Shown piece after piece: positions 47,401 through 61,473 of a stretch of 64,000 nucleotides of DNA (positions are counted from its first letter, which is position 1; each line of letters opens with the position of its first letter). The notes beneath the pieces are model-generated. The model saw only the letters and a list, made by a program, of their open reading frames with translations, did not search any database and had not been told where the DNA came from. The DNA comes from Podarcis erhardii (Eukaryota): NCBI GenBank assembly GCA_964252035.1, contig OZ176205.1; one strand, written 5' to 3'. A program made the translations under genes and the position numbers.

Positions 47401-50400
47401 CAGCTCATCTCTTCACCTGCCCTGCCTAACTTTGCTATGCAGGAGATGGAGTTGCTGTCACTGTTTGGTAGTTGTCATGCAATTTTTGTGTTTTGTTTTG
47501 GTTTTCATAATCTCAAGCAAAAGCAAAACCTGCCATCTTCCTTGAAATGAAGATAATCTTAATCCTGCCTCCTGTCATCCTAGAGAGTGGAACTTCTTAG
47601 TCACTCCACTCCAACACACACAATCCAAAGAATTTGGGAGGATCTCCCCGAAAACACTATAATATTGCCAACATGATTCTGAACTTCATTGTAATAGCGC
47701 TTGAAAAGCCATGTTCTGGCTTAGTGATAAAATTATGGAGTAATTTTTCAGCAATGCTCTCAAAATGGGGAGGGCAGAGATTTATTTTTGCCTGGACTAT
47801 AGAGAAAAGCCCTGGAGAAAAAGATCAAAGATTATGGTGAACTCATTTAAATCCAAAAGGAACATGCACAATTAAAATTGTTTGAAGTGAGGCTTTAAGA
47901 GAATACAGCTACCCAAATCAAAGCTGGAAAGGAAAATCCCTTTGAGGCACTGGAAACAGATGGCAATGAATGCACACAATTGAGGGTCAGCTTCAGCAGA
48001 CTGAACATGTAGAGTACAAAGACTGGATGTGCTAAACTAGTATGTTCCAGTCTCTAACAATCAGATACCCAGATAAGCCTCTGCTGATACATATAGTAGA
48101 AAAAGAGTTGATCAACCACTGCACCGTGTGGCTGCTGCACAGAATGAACTGGAACTGGAAAATATGCATGCATTGGCTATATAAAACTACTATATGGTAG
48201 GACCACACCTTACTTAGACAATGTCAGTAAGGACAGACAGGGAGAACAGAAGCCTTAGTACTGCAAGCCAAGGCAGTGCTGCTTCTGAAAGGCCTGGCAG
48301 GAGGCCTCACTCACCTGGAGATTCTGGAGTATGCGAGCAGGAGTAACGCTCTTGGGAATGACGACCACTTTGCGCTGTACTTGCCATCTATCAGAGTTAA
48401 AAGGAGAATCTGTGATTCCTCCACAATGTCTAAATAAAATCCAAAACAGTCGATCCAGATAGCAAAATAGTATGTGCCACAGCCACTGCTGCCATCCTCT
48501 TTGTTTCTACAGGCCTCTCATGCCTTCTAAGGCATCTTTGGGGCTCAGAGTGTGACACAGCATAATCTTAAGAAGACAGAGCTCCAAGCTCTGGGAAAGC
48601 TCAGTTGTTGGGGAGCAAGACAGAGCTCCAAAACAGCTCCTTTCAGAAAAACCTCAGAATGGATTCTCAAAATGAATGGTTATTTTTGAAAAGTTGAGCC
48701 CACTTGATAATGCTTGCAATATAGCCAAGAAATCCGAGCATATTCTCTGATATTACATTCTCCTTTCTCGCTTGGGGAGCTTTTGTTTCCTCCAGTATCT
48801 CTTCTCTTAAAAGGATCTGACTCTATCTTGAAGAGTATTGAATCCGCTTAGAGCCTACCACTCACCATAACCTTTCAGCCTTTTGAAGAAATGGGAGAGG
48901 CAGCTGAAAATGCTTTATTGCCATTTAGAAGCCAAAGTCAGCTAAACAGACCATTTTGGCTAAAACAAGGATGAGGAACCTGTGGACTCTCCAGATGTTG
49001 CTTGACTACAACTCTCATCATTCTGGACCACCTGCTCAATTTGCTGGCTGGTTAGACAGGAGTTGTAGCCCTGCAACAGTTGCCCAGGGCGGGCAGCGAC
49101 AGCAGAGGTTTCCCACCCCTTGGGCTAAAACAAAGTTCATAGTGAATTCACACAGAAACCAAAAAGATCAATTTGTTCCAGTAGGTCCTCACCATGTCCT
49201 CTACCAAATTCTAGCCTGCTATTACCTGAGAAGAATCTGAGCAGGAGATTTGCTGTATTTTTCAGCTAGCTTTTTTATCCCAGGTTCTTCCAGCAACACA
49301 GGTTCATCTGGGTGCTTCCACATCCGGTCAGGGGAACCAAGAGGGCTGTAAGCAGTTACCACCAGCCCTTTCTGATGGCAGTGAGCTATCAGTTCATTCT
49401 GGGCAAGGTAAGGGTGACATTCCACCTATTTAAAAAAGCAATATATAGTAATGAGAAGACTGCTAAAGGGGGGGGGGGAGACACCCACCTGCACTGCAGA
49501 AGCAGGAAAGGCAGATGCAGGTCAATTCATATATGGGCAGAAACGGCAGTATGGCATTCACAAGCCACATTATTTCTGCTCTTAGAGGAAACCCTCCCAC
49601 TTGTGGCATAAACATTCTAAAGCAGAAGTGCAAGATTGATCACGGTTGGGGCTGGATTAACTGGGAGTAGAATAACCCAAGTCACTGACCATTTCTTTAT
49701 CTCCACCCTGCAGGGGCTGATAACATTTCCTTTACTACACATACTAGCTACAATCTGCAATCTGTTTATTCTGCAGCAGTCCTGCTTATTTTAAGACAAC
49801 ATGCAGATAACACACTCTCCAGGCATAACAGCTTTGTAAAACCATTTATGCCGTTATAGAATTTTTGTATAAAGAAGTATATATTTTCTGAAACAATCAA
49901 GTTTTGGCTTCCCTTCCTTTCTCAAGACACCTGACCTTAAGAATCCCTATTGCTTTACAAAATGCCTTCTATTACCAGACTCTCGTTTGCAAATACTGTA
50001 AGGAATGCTGTGAGACCGGTTGTGTCATGCTGAAATCAATGTTGAAAGGAGAACATTATTAAGAGAGGGTTTTTTAAAACAAATGTCTCTGTTGCAGAGG
50101 ATCATGCAAGCCACTCAAGAGTCTGCAGCACTACACCACCCTTTCCTTTGCCATAAGAATTCTGGTTATTGATCACATGTTGATAGCACTCACCAGGATC
50201 TATCACAGTTAATTCTCAAACTGGGTACCAGAACCAATAGTATGCTATGAAAAATAAATTTAAAGATAATTAATGGCTCAAGTGAGTCTGAAGTACCCAT
50301 TCACTCAAATGATCACATCTTTTTGTCAAGAGATTCACTATAAATGCATCACTTCTCCCTCCACTCCTCATTTTCTGCCAAGGAGAATACAATATGTTGG

Positions 50401-53400
50401 GGGCCCAATTTAAATTAGGGAGGAGGAAGAGTCAAACCTCTTACTCTAGCACTGTTTCTTCAAAATAACAGCCTCAAACAGCATGGGCAAAGCTAAAAAC
50501 AAAACCACCAAAGGAAAGAGAAATCTTGATAACGTAAGAGTGGGAAAGCTGGGCTATTTTGATCGCATTTCTCATATTAAAAGGAAACCAACCCTTAAGA
50601 GTAAACAGTCGCTTTAAGTAAAAACTGCAAGTCCCAACTGCTTGAACCTTTCTTAGAAGAGTCAAGCGGGGTTTTTTGTACAGGACGTTCCATTCTGCAG
50701 AGGCAGTTCCACAGCACAGCCACCCCACGCCCAACAGAAACAGAAGCATCCATCCTTATGGCCCACCTTCTCTCCCCTGCCAAGAAAACCAACTCAGAAA
50801 GTAACCTGTTCCCTCTTTTTCTGCATCTGCCTTACCTGTAGCACAGCTGGCTTTACAGAAGCTATGCCAAGGATATCATCAATCTGACGGCTATTGAAGT
50901 TTGATAACCCAATGGCTTTCACCAGACCCTTTCCCACTAGCTTCTCCATCGCCTTCCAAGTTTCTTTGTAGTCAATGTAGTCATAGCGCATTGTGCCATC
51001 AGGATTCTTGGGGAAGAGGTTGTCCCCCCGCCTATTATAAAAAACATGCAAAGCAAACAGATAACTAGCACAATCTTAAGTCTATTTAAGTTCAACTCAG
51101 TAGAAGCACTGCTAAAATCCATGTCATATGACCCAGATCCAGATCCAGCTCTTCTCCTTTCCCACTTACAATGTGGTCAAGTAGTTGATATGATATTAAT
51201 TGTTAACTAATTGTTAACTTCAAACCAACCCATATAAATTTATGGCCGTATAAATTGAGTTATGACTGACCATCTTGGGCATTGGAAAAGTAACTCCTAT
51301 AAATCGACAGCTTTGGTTATAACAGCACAGAATCTAGAAGCTGGCACAGAACAGGGTGGGGAACCTATGGTCCTCCAGTTGTGGTTGGACTACAAGTCTC
51401 ACAATCCCTCACTAGTTGGTTGGGGTTGATGGGAGTTAGCATCTAGCAACAACTGAAGGACCACAGGTTTCTTTTCAACAGGCCTCTTAAGAATTCGTTT
51501 TCATTCATTAGGCTTTTGTTTCCTCCCTTTTTTCCCGTTTGCAAAAGAAAGAAGAATCTCAAACCCTCAACAGTGAAGGCAAACAAAACGAACTGTGTTT
51601 GCTGTAAACCTGAGGAACAGAAGGGGCAACAGGGCTGGCTCATCATTCTGTGACAACAAATTCCTATCTGTGCAGATGGTGAAAGGTATCTGACCCTCCC
51701 ATACCCTCTAAGTGCTGCTGTGGTTTCATGTTCCACATTTCCTTCCTATGGACACTCACTCGAAGGCGTGTGGCCAGTGCATGAGGTAGAGGTCCAGGTA
51801 CTCCAGTTTTAGATCTTCCAAGGTCTTCTTTAGAGCTGGCTCCACATCTTCTGGGTGGTGCTTGGTGTTCCATAACTTGGAAGTCACAAACAGCTCTTCC
51901 CTCTTAATGGCCTTTTAGAAAGAATGGGGAAGGGAATCTTTTCAGTGCTCAAGAAGTTTCTCATCCCTTGATTAGATTTTTGTGTGTGCCTTCTGTGCTA
52001 TTATGCTAAGGAAGCTTCATTTCCAGAGTCAACAGAACAACACAGACATATTTTTAATGTGCCCTGTGAATTTTTTTTGCAGCCAAAGGACATTTAGCAA
52101 AGGGATAGGCAGAATGTTAAAGCAACAGAGCCCACTAACACACAGCAGGCAGCAGGAACAATAGCTGATTGCCATCTTGGTAGGTTTATATGGAGATGTA
52201 ATTACACTTTGTAAGCAGAGCCAATCTGAAATAAACATGAAACTTCCACCCACCCAGCCTTTTTGCAGCAGCAATATTCTTGCTCCTTTTTTTTTACCTT
52301 GTCATTTCCAACCATCTCTTGGAGAGCATCACCTATCTCTCCTTCATTGCTGTAAGCCGGAGCACAGTCAATGTGGTGATAGCCAGCACTGAGGGCATAT
52401 TTTACTGCCTCCTTCACCTGTAAGAAAAATAGGGAGATTGTTGAATAAGAATGTGGAGACATCTGCTTCATTTTAGCCGACGGTGCCATTCCAAATCTAC
52501 AAGAACTTATGACAAAAGGCCTATACATCTTGGAGAAAGTTTCATAATTTTATAAAATGAGAGATTTGCACTTTTTTATCCTTTTCCCTTTACACTTTAA
52601 GGTGATTTATGCCAAATAACAATGTAGTGTAGGGGTGGTTAGAATGTCAGACTAGAACCTGGGAGACCAAGGTTCAAGTCTTCACTTGGCCATGAAGCTT
52701 TACTGGGTGACCCTGAGCCGGTCACTACCTCTTTGCCTAACCTACCTCACTGTGTTGTGGGGAATAAATGAGGAAGGAAGAATCATGTATGCCACCTTGA
52801 GCACTGACATCATTTAACAGTGAACACCATACACACACTACCACAAGTCCCATTGTCTGGTTGCACATCCACAAAGAGATAATGTGTATGTAAGTGATTC
52901 TCAGCAAGGTCAATACACTTTCTTACATTCTCTCCGTGTCCTCCGCCCACCGGAACTATGCCTATTTTATTTTGTTAAGCAATGTTTTTATCCAGTTCTC
53001 CAATTAGAAGAACAAACAACATTTAGCAAAGGTTTCCGTGGAAATAATAGAATAAATAATATGCCTAGATGATGTTTCATCTGATAAAAGCTCCTGCATT
53101 TTTTGTTTGAAAGGAGATGAAACAATATTCACAAAAGGATGATAAGAGCCTTTGGTTTTAGGTTTTTGTTGGGGGTTTTTAAAAAAGAAAAAGATCAGAG
53201 CATCTGATGCCTCTTAGATTTCATTTCCTTTTGCTTATTGGAAGCCTGGGCAATGGATAAAGTGTGTCACAAACACTCTGATGTTCTAAAAAGCCACATT
53301 AATTAGAAATCAGTTTCCCTTAGTCATAATGATAAAATCATTCTGTTTCTCTCACTTTAACACCAGCTGCAAGATTTTTCTTTCCTCTAGCCTTGGCATG

Positions 53401-55547
53401 ATTCATTTTATGGTCACCATTATTATTCAGAAAGTGGAGAAGTTGCTATAAATACACTGTGAATGGAAGTTCAGCTTATTAAATTCTTGCAACACACGTA
53501 AGGTTACACAAGGCGTTGTCATCACTGTAGAAAAATTAAATGTGGCACACTACCAAATGAGAGCAATTCTACCGAAGATGAAACTTGCAGATGCCTTTAA
53601 AACTTTGTAAACTGCTTTGAGGTTTTCATTTTGTTTAACAATCAAGTTGTATATACATTTCATTTTATAAAGTAAAATAAAGACAAATAAAGCTTTAAAA
53701 CATGTTATTTAAATTGGCTGTTCTGTCTCCACCTAATAAGCATTGCAGTTGCAATGGGATTAAGAGCAGGAGAACCAGTTTTGGCTGCCAGCAATTATCA
53801 ATAAATCATTATTTATATTTTAAACATTTAAAAACACATTATGCAAAAATGTCACCTCCATTATCAGTGCCTGAAGATATTATTATAATGATCATTATTA
53901 CTTAAATTTGTATACCGCCCATCATCTGAAGATCACAGTGTGGTTCACAACAAAAATGTACAAAATGAGAACACAAAATACAGAGAACAAACCAGTAGCC
54001 TCCTCCCTTCCCACAAACACATTTAAAATGCCAAAGAATGTTTAATCTCATTCTGACTAAGTTTCCCTCAGCTGGCTCCCTTTTTTTGTGCAAAGGAGAA
54101 AGTGAATGCAAAGCTTCATGACTTGTGACTGGAAATTAGTCTCTCCTCAGAATCTGTGTTGAAGCTACTCTATTAGTTACAGGAAGGCAAAATAAAGAAT
54201 ATGGAAATTAGTCTCTCCTCAGAATCCGTGTTGAAGCTACTCTATTAGTTACAGGAAGGCAAAATAAAGAATATGTACTCCCTGCTTGTTGGTTCCTGAT
54301 AAATCCTTATTTCCCACTCCTCCTAACTATTTTCTTCCAAGTTGAGGGAAGAAAAGTGTCCTCCCACCAAGGCTGGGTCAGACAGAGAATGAGACAAACA
54401 GACTGAAAAAGAGACTAATTAAATTAATTGCGGCTAGTAACATGACTGGCCTCCCTTCAAAGGAATATTGGACCCCACTAAGTTGTAAGAATCTATAACC
54501 ACACTGAAAAAGCAGAGCCAGCAAATGGCACTTCAGTGAAGTGGAGACTGGCTGTTTAATAGGACCTATAAAATTTATGCAAAGTGGGTGTTCTTCCTCC
54601 TTCTTTATCTTGCTTTTGGAATGTGCAAAATCAATCAGTATAATGAATAAAAGATGGTGCAAGAGAATTCAGAGGCAGAGACAGTTCCAACCTATGTTCA
54701 AATGGACAAGCAAAGATGTGAATTAAGGTCACATTCATACCACATGGCTTCCCCCAGAGAATCCTGGGAACTGTAATTTACCTCCCACAGAGCTACAATT
54801 TCCAGAAACGCTCTGCAGGTCTGTGGCTGAGGTAGAATTTGACTTCTGGACTCTTCTGTGGTGAACCTCAGCAGCACATCTCTCACTGCTAGATGAAAGT
54901 GAATCACTAAGTCATGCCACTATTGCACATGGATTCAGACTCAAGTGGCCACTACGCCAAACCCATCCAACATCTCTGCCCCTGTCCAGCTAAATCAGAA
55001 CATGCATTGCTATATCTACATTCAGGATAGCCATTTCAGTTCAATATCCATTTGTACTTTCACATCAAAAAGAGGAAGGCAAATGAAGAGAGATGGGGAA
55101 GAGGTGCAACAAGTAGGTTAATGCTATCCATGCACAATCTCTATTCTTCATGACTGCTGCTCTTGGATGAACACATTTATTCAGTATCATGCTTAAATGC
55201 CAGAAAAGTAATTGTGCTCTTCTCTATTACACCTTGCTCCTAACACAACATGCATATGTCTGAGGAAAACTCCCAGTCATTTAATCACAATTAAGAAATC
55301 GAAAAATGTTCTATCTGCACAGAGTACATACAGTAGCTTCTGGTCATGCAACCTCACCTTTCTATGCAGCCACAGATTAAAAGAAAAAGAAAAAGAATCA
55401 ATGGTTTTAACAGAGTTCTAGAATTCCCCTCTCTCAAACACTAAATTCACAACTTACCTGTCCAGCGTCACTCTTCCAAGTACCCAATCCAACAAGAGGC
55501 AGCTTTTGCCCAGTATGAAGCAAAGCACAGTTGGCCTCAGAAGACAT
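44460..55547 (-). CDS. AKR1A1: Aldo-keto reductase family 1 member A1 (NADP+-dependent aldehyde reductase), 327 aa
   Basis: Coding exons in transcript order: 55458-55547 ([26 protein letters not shown]), 52298-52417 ([13 protein letters not shown]), 51760-51911 (LFVTSKLW...YLMHWP), 50836-51031 (AIGLSNFN), 49226-49425 ([16 protein letters not shown]), 48315-48387 ([10 protein letters not shown]), 45950-46036, 44460-44525 ([17 protein letters not shown]). Total 984 nt. The AKR catalytic Asp/Tyr/Lys/His tetrad is intact and the C-terminus is AKR1A1-specific. Confidence 0.97.
52625..52805 (+). mobile_element. tRNA-derived MIR-like/core SINE
   Basis: A/B-box-like head (GTGGTTAGAATGTCAGACTAG...GGTTCAAGTC) followed by a core-like segment; related copies on the - strand at ~29255-29390 and ~1000-1115. 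Confidence 0.55.
54131..54274. repeat. 72-bp tandem duplication in an AKR1A1 intron
   Basis: GGAAATTAGTCTCTCC...AAATAAAGAATAT occurs twice in tandem with one mismatch. Confidence 0.9.
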
Positions 55548-55796
55548 CTTTACCTAAAATAAATGCAATAATAAAAATATTAACTAGGACGCTATACCAA
55601 TTTGTTTCACTACACAGAACAGAACGTGTAGTAGACTTGACATTATTCTTATTTAAGCTGAAACTGAGAGAGTGGAATGCAAAGTGTAAATATATAATAG
55701 GATGAATTATATTACATTTTATCCATGTAGAAAATTTAAATCCTGCCCTTCCATGGCAGACTCCATGTTCACAGTGGCTTACAACAATTTAAAAAC

Positions 55797-55800
<4 letters not shown>

Positions 55801-55844
<44 letters not shown>
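55801..55844. repeat. (CA)n microsatellite
   Basis: Uninterrupted AC run. Confidence 0.9.
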
Positions 55845-55849
<5 letters not shown>

Positions 55850-56608
55850 AAAAATCCATATTTGGACAATACCTTTATTAAACCAACAGCATATTAAGAG
55901 GAATCACTGTAGACGTAACCTGCAGGATGGGAGAGTTGTGCCTTTGCTGATAGTACTGTAAAGACAGGCTTTCCTTAAACAAGAGGTGCAGCTCAAGTTA
56001 TTCTTTATAAATTAGAAGAGCTTGCTTTATTCCAAAAAGTGAAGCATGGGTGCTGCAAGTCTGAGTTTAGAAAGGACTGACCACAAGGATTTAGGCATAG
56101 TATCCCCCAAGCTCATACCCTCTCCTTCCCCTACCATGTACCTTGGGATGTACCGTAACTTGAAGATATCGTAAGTCTGTGCACTTCAATGAATAAATCT
56201 GTGCATAAGCTGGCTGGCAGGTCTGTACCTGTAGCCTGATGCTTGCTTGTTATCAGAACAAGATATCAGTTTATCTTCTGACAAACGAGAAGCATATAAA
56301 GGCAAGGTCTCTTGGTCTGTCCCAAAGCCACGGTCAGAGCCTGTTTCATAACAAGCAGATCTACAGAGCAATATCAGGTTTTCATTCTCCACTTTCTGTT
56401 CGCTGTCCAAAACTTGCACAATATACCACCATTAACTAACTCCTTCCCTGTTTCCTTCACACCTATTGCCTGAAAGTTGCAGATTCAATGGATTTTTATT
56501 CAGATGCAGGTTTCACTGAATTCAGCTGCAGTCTTACTCCCAAGTGTATGTGCATGGAACTGAAAGTAATTAAAAGGCATTCTGCTCAACTCTTTGTTGG
56601 ATTAGTTT

Positions 56609-57020
56609 AAGGTAAAGGTAAGGTAAAGTAAAGGTAAAGGACCCCTGAACGGTTAAGTCCAGTCAAAGGCAACTATGGGGTGTGGCCCTCAGCTCACTTT
56701 TCAGGCCAATGGAGCTGGCATTTGTCCACAGACAGTTTTCCGGGTCATGTGACCAGCATTACTAAACCGCTTTGGTGCAATAAGACACCGTAACAGAAGC
56801 CAGAGTGCACGGAAACACCATTTACCTTCCCGCTGCAGGGGAAGGTATTTATCTATTTGCCTTTTTATCTATTTGCACTGGTGTGCTTTCGAACTGTTAG
56901 GTTGGCAGAAGCTGGGACAGAGCATCGGGAGCTCACCCCGTCACATGAATTCGAACCACCAACCTTCCGATCAGCAAGCCCAAGAGGCTCAGTGGTTTAG
57001 ACCACAGCGCCACCCGCGTC
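56609..57020 (-). mobile_element. Sauria SINE (near full length)
   Basis: The minus strand begins GACGCGGGTGGCGCTGTGGTCTAAACCAC (tRNA-like A box), has GGTTCGAATTC (B box), and ends in (TTTACC)n-type tail repeats. Confidence 0.85.
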
Positions 57021-58577
57021 ACTTGACTTACTGTACGTGTTTGTGCTGATTGAAAAGTATTTTGTTTATGAAAGAGGAACATCCTACAATGTGATCTAAA
57101 AGCTGCTTTGCTGGCTGAACTGTAAAAGGAAATTATGTTTCAAGAGATTCCAGTCTCCATCAACTTCCTCAGCTTTTGCTGAGATCAGCTGTATAGCAGT
57201 GTCCCATGAAACTGCTTCCTCCATTTAAGCACCAGCTCCTTTAGAAAATTAAGGCAGGATGAAAATTATATTCCTACTTTTACTATTAAATTTCTAATAA
57301 AATAATCATAAATGCCTATTGGTTACTGCCAATGAGGAAAACGAGCTTAAGTTACAGGGCCTACGTGCAAACAATGGCTTGGTGTGCAGAACTAGTCTCC
57401 CTCTTTAAAACTCTTATCCACACTATATATTCACAACACATGTATATTCCATAGCTTCCCTGTCTTTAAAATCATAGAACAGAATCATAGAGTTGGAAGG
57501 GACAAATATATAATATATATATAGGTGTGGAGGACAATCCTATACATAATCATAAGCAAGTCCCATTCAGTTTAGTAGGCTTTTCTCCCAAGGAAGCATG
57601 CACAGGTTTGCAGTGCAACCCTATACATGATTATTCAGAAGTAAAGTCCAATTGAATTCAATGGCATTTACTCCCAAGTGATTACGACTTGCAGCCTCAG
57701 TCTCATCATTATTCCTGGGGAGGACCTTGAAACCAGCATGCTAGGATTCAAACTCATGTACAAAGCTAGCATATTAACCACTTGGTTACACTGATTCATT
57801 GTCCTGTGAAAATATGACATGGAAGCCTTTAAGAGGACAACCAGCAAAGAAAAGTACATGTTATTTTAAAAATGCCCAAGAATCTCATTTGACAAAGCAT
57901 AATTAGCACCTATATGATTTGAATTGTGCAGTTCAGTATACTAGCAGAGGCTGATGAGCAGACTCTTGGGCTGGGGTACTGTTTAGGGGGTTTTTTTGGA
58001 GGGGGGTGTTGTTGCTGTTGTTGCCAGTTCTTTTGTGTTTTTATTTTAGTTCTTGTGATTTATGTGGAAATTATTCCATATGGTTGTATATTTTTTGAAT
58101 GTTTTATTTATTGTTTATTACTGCTTGTGTTATTTTGCAGTTCTGTATTTTTTTCATGTTGTAAGCTGCCTTGAGCATAAAAAACTGTGGAAATGTGGCG
58201 TACAAATAAAGTTATATATGCACTGTATGTATACTATTCATTCCAGCTCTGCACTTTAGATAAGATACACATCAATCTAAACTTTAAACTGGGGCAAGTT
58301 ATAATATATAATCAGTAACTTGATCAGTAGATGCCAGCAGTTTCATCCTATTTCACCTGACACAGAGGCAAATAAACCCAGTTCCAACTGCAGCTATAGT
58401 GCATAGATTGCAGAATTAAAACAGCAAAGGCTATAATTGATTCTGTTTTGAAGACAAGTTATATGAATTTTTTCATTTATGCCTTAGTCTAGACATCTCT
58501 CCTAAAATTATTATCCTTTAAAGTGCATGGTTTACAAAGTCTATCATATTACCAAGATGGTTCAGGGTTACTCTATA

Positions 58578-58795
58578 CAGTGGTACCTCAGGTTAAGTAC
58601 TTAATTTGTTCCGGAGGTCCATACTTAACCTGAAACTGTTCTTAACCTGAAGTACCACTTTAGCTAATGGGGCCTCCTGCTGCCGCCGGAGCACAATTTC
58701 TGTTCTCATCCTGAAGCAAAGTTCTTAACCTGAAGCACTATTTCTGGGTTAGCGGAGTCTGTAACCTGAAGCGTATGTAACCTGAGGTACCACTG
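58578..58795. mobile_element. Tc1/mariner MITE, same family as 12048-12267, opposite orientation
   Basis: TA|CAGTGGTACCTCAGGTTA ... TAACCTGAGGTACCACTG|TA; internal sequence is the reverse complement of the 12-kb copy. Confidence 0.85.
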
Positions 58796-60499
58796 TATCT
58801 GTAAAATAGAAACAGAGGCTGATAGTGACTTTTTTGTTGTTTAGTGACTTATCCAACACCATAAAGTTAGTCCAATCTAAGTTAGGAACTAAGTTCAGGG
58901 TTCCTAGGAGCTAGTTTAACCCACCACCAGCCATGAGGCCACACTGGTTCAAACTGCTTGCTTTAGAAAGCAAGTACAGTCCAGCAGATATAATAGTGGA
59001 TTTAGAAGCGTTGACTTTAAATCACTGCTGAACAGACTTGGGCAAAGGGCACACAGGACTTTGGGCGGCAGGGGCAGGAACAGTACAGAAGCTGTCCAAA
59101 ACAAAATTACCAGCTGATAGTATTACAAGTAATAGTTGATTCACACAACATTATTGATGTGACAGTATCTTCTAAAACATATGAGCTGCAGTCTAGTTTG
59201 GGGTGAGAGAAAAGACATTCCGTGAGAATGCACACAGCTCTCTCCTGCAAGTGAGGGGAATAGGGGTCCTGGGGGTGCTGTTGCCTCCCCACCCCAAAAC
59301 TCAACTATCAGCATATTTGTGCACTGAGCAACAATCCTATGCACACCCAATTTTTACTGAACATTACATATGCAGGAGGAAACTACAAGTCTAATTAGTT
59401 TGCACACTAATCGCAGAAAAAAAATGCCCTCTGGTTTTAGTTAGCTTTCTTCTAGACAAATTTATGATTAGGATAAAACCTACAAAACTTTTTCTTTAAA
59501 CACTCTGTTAAATGGTTTCTGAATCAGGTTAAATTGTGAATATGATCAACTAGAGCAATTTAGTTTTTTCAGTTTAGATATAATTGAACCAAGTACAAAT
59601 TGAGGCAGTCTGAATAATTGAGACAGCAAAATAATTAAGAGAACTTGCTCAAGCAAATCTGCAGGCAATCCCTTAGCACCTCAACTTGCCATAGTGCCAA
59701 TTGTTACACCACACTCCTAGCTATTGGATGCTTGTCATTTGCCTTAAGGTTTATTGCAACCACTCGCAACAGAAATGCATGGGGAGTGGGTGGGTGCTGG
59801 CAAGAGAGCAGAGTTTTGCCCAGAGGCATGTGATACAAAATGTAGGCTCCCTGCATTATGGTAGAGAATCCCCCAACTATGTTACTGTACCTCCATTTCA
59901 AAATTAAAAAGGCTCAACCCACAAACATTAGTAGTTTAACCTTTTCTGTTTCTCCAAAAAAAAAAAAAAAATATGGTTTACCCATGCATACATTATTGGC
60001 AGACATTACCAAGGATTTCTAAACAGGACTGCCAAGGAGTAAACTAAGTTACTCTGGGGTGGTGCGTGCTCAGTGGTAGTAATCTCCAGGAAGAGTGGTT
60101 ACAGCACCCATAATTAAATATCTGTTAAGTGTGGAAGCAACTGGATTTTGATACGCAGTCGCTGCAAAATACACTACAGATACGGTTGTACTGGTGTGAA
60201 TACATGCATCGCCTACCATAGTTCTTAATGCAGCCAGATATTTCTACACCTTCACGGGGAGGGGAGGGACAAAACCCCACAGCTTTCAATGGGACTTATT
60301 TCCAAACAAATACTGTATACCTAACTCCTATGCACACTTAGTTGGAAAGACGACCATGTGGGACTCACTTCAACGCAAACACGTGTAGTTTCACTCGCCA
60401 TGCATAATACCACGTTGCGCTTAATGCACGTTAGTTGTTGTTGTTGTTTTTCCCCCTCCCGCCTTCTTTTAACAATTTTTCCATCCCCAAGCCCACCAA

Positions 60500-60830
60500 A
60501 AGGGGAGGGGAATCGAAATAAAAAAGCAGAGCCTCCGGGACAGGAGCGATGCCCCTATTTTCTACCCCACCTCCTGATTATACACGAATCTGACTGACGC
60601 CAATCAAGTCAGGCAAAGCAAGAGATTAGCTAACCACGGGAAACTCACAGCCAGTTTGCAGCGCGCCGCGTCCTCGGGCGCTCCCTTCCCTCACCGCAGT
60701 TCAAAATACTGTACATCGACAACTCCCCCGGCCTCCAACTTCAACGTTTCCGTTTCCGGGTTTGTAACCGTATACTCCTCACTTTTCAACATTTTCCAGC
60801 TCACGTGGGCGCGATGCGTTAACAGTTATT
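60500..60830 (-). promoter_or_regulatory. AKR1A1 promoter and non-coding first exon (small CpG island)
   Basis: CpG-rich patch with ETS-like CCGGAA (- strand ~60750-60761), E-box CACGTG ~60801-60806, and minus-strand donors GCG|GTGAGG (60695) and GCT|GTGAGT (60649), upstream of the first AKR1A1 coding exon. Confidence 0.6.
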
Positions 60831-61331
60831 GCTCTGTATTTCCCCTCTTTCGGAAAGGGTTTGGTAGAATTAAATCGCTTCCATTACAATCTGGCAGAAA
60901 GCTTTACTGAAGAAAGTTTTCATTCCAATTTTGGGTATATTATCTACGACAGCTGGGGTGGGGTGGCCTGGTCATGCTGCAACCAGAGTATGATAAAAGG
61001 ACAGGATCCCAGGATTGCCTCATCTCAGTCAAAGCTAGAGAGATGTTCATAATTAGATAAGGAATGTGGCGAAAGATACTACCAGGATTGTCAGTGGTAG
61101 CAATAACAGAAACTATGCCAAAAGGTATCTTTACTCCTGCCTGACTCCATTTGCAGCAATTCATTTACACGGGAGAAATGTGCATTCAAGGGCATGATGA
61201 GACCAGGACTAAATGCCTAACTGCCAACCTCTGATAGCTTCAGTTTCTTTCAGATTTGCTGATTGCAACCTATTTGTTCCATATAACATAATAAAGACAA
61301 CAGAACATTTCCTTGTCTGACTAGTTACACC

Positions 61332-61473
61332 CAGTGCTTTTTTTCTTAAAAAAAAGTTTGGGGGTACTCACATTCTCATACTCATTGAAATGCTGCCCCT
61401 CAATGAGGCCAAACTTAGATTCACAAAATGTTTAGGGGTATGTGTACCCCTGCATCCCCCCAGAAAAAAAAAT
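61332..61473. mobile_element. hAT-like MITE (CAGTGCTTTTTTT family)
   Basis: CAGTGCTTTTTTTCTT ... CAGAAAAAAAAATTG degenerate TIRs with GGGGTAC/GTACCCC subterminal repeats. Confidence 0.5.

Noticed and set aside
50474-50749. 91-aa ORF with a signal-peptide-like start in an AKR1A1 intron
   Set aside because: No splice or promoter support and no recognisable motif; consistent with chance.
51760-52417. AKR1A1 differences from human near the active site (HWPH versus HWPY, DCAPAY versus DCAAIY)
   Set aside because: The catalytic tetrad is intact; these look like ordinary sauropsid variants and I cannot tie them to altered function from sequence alone.
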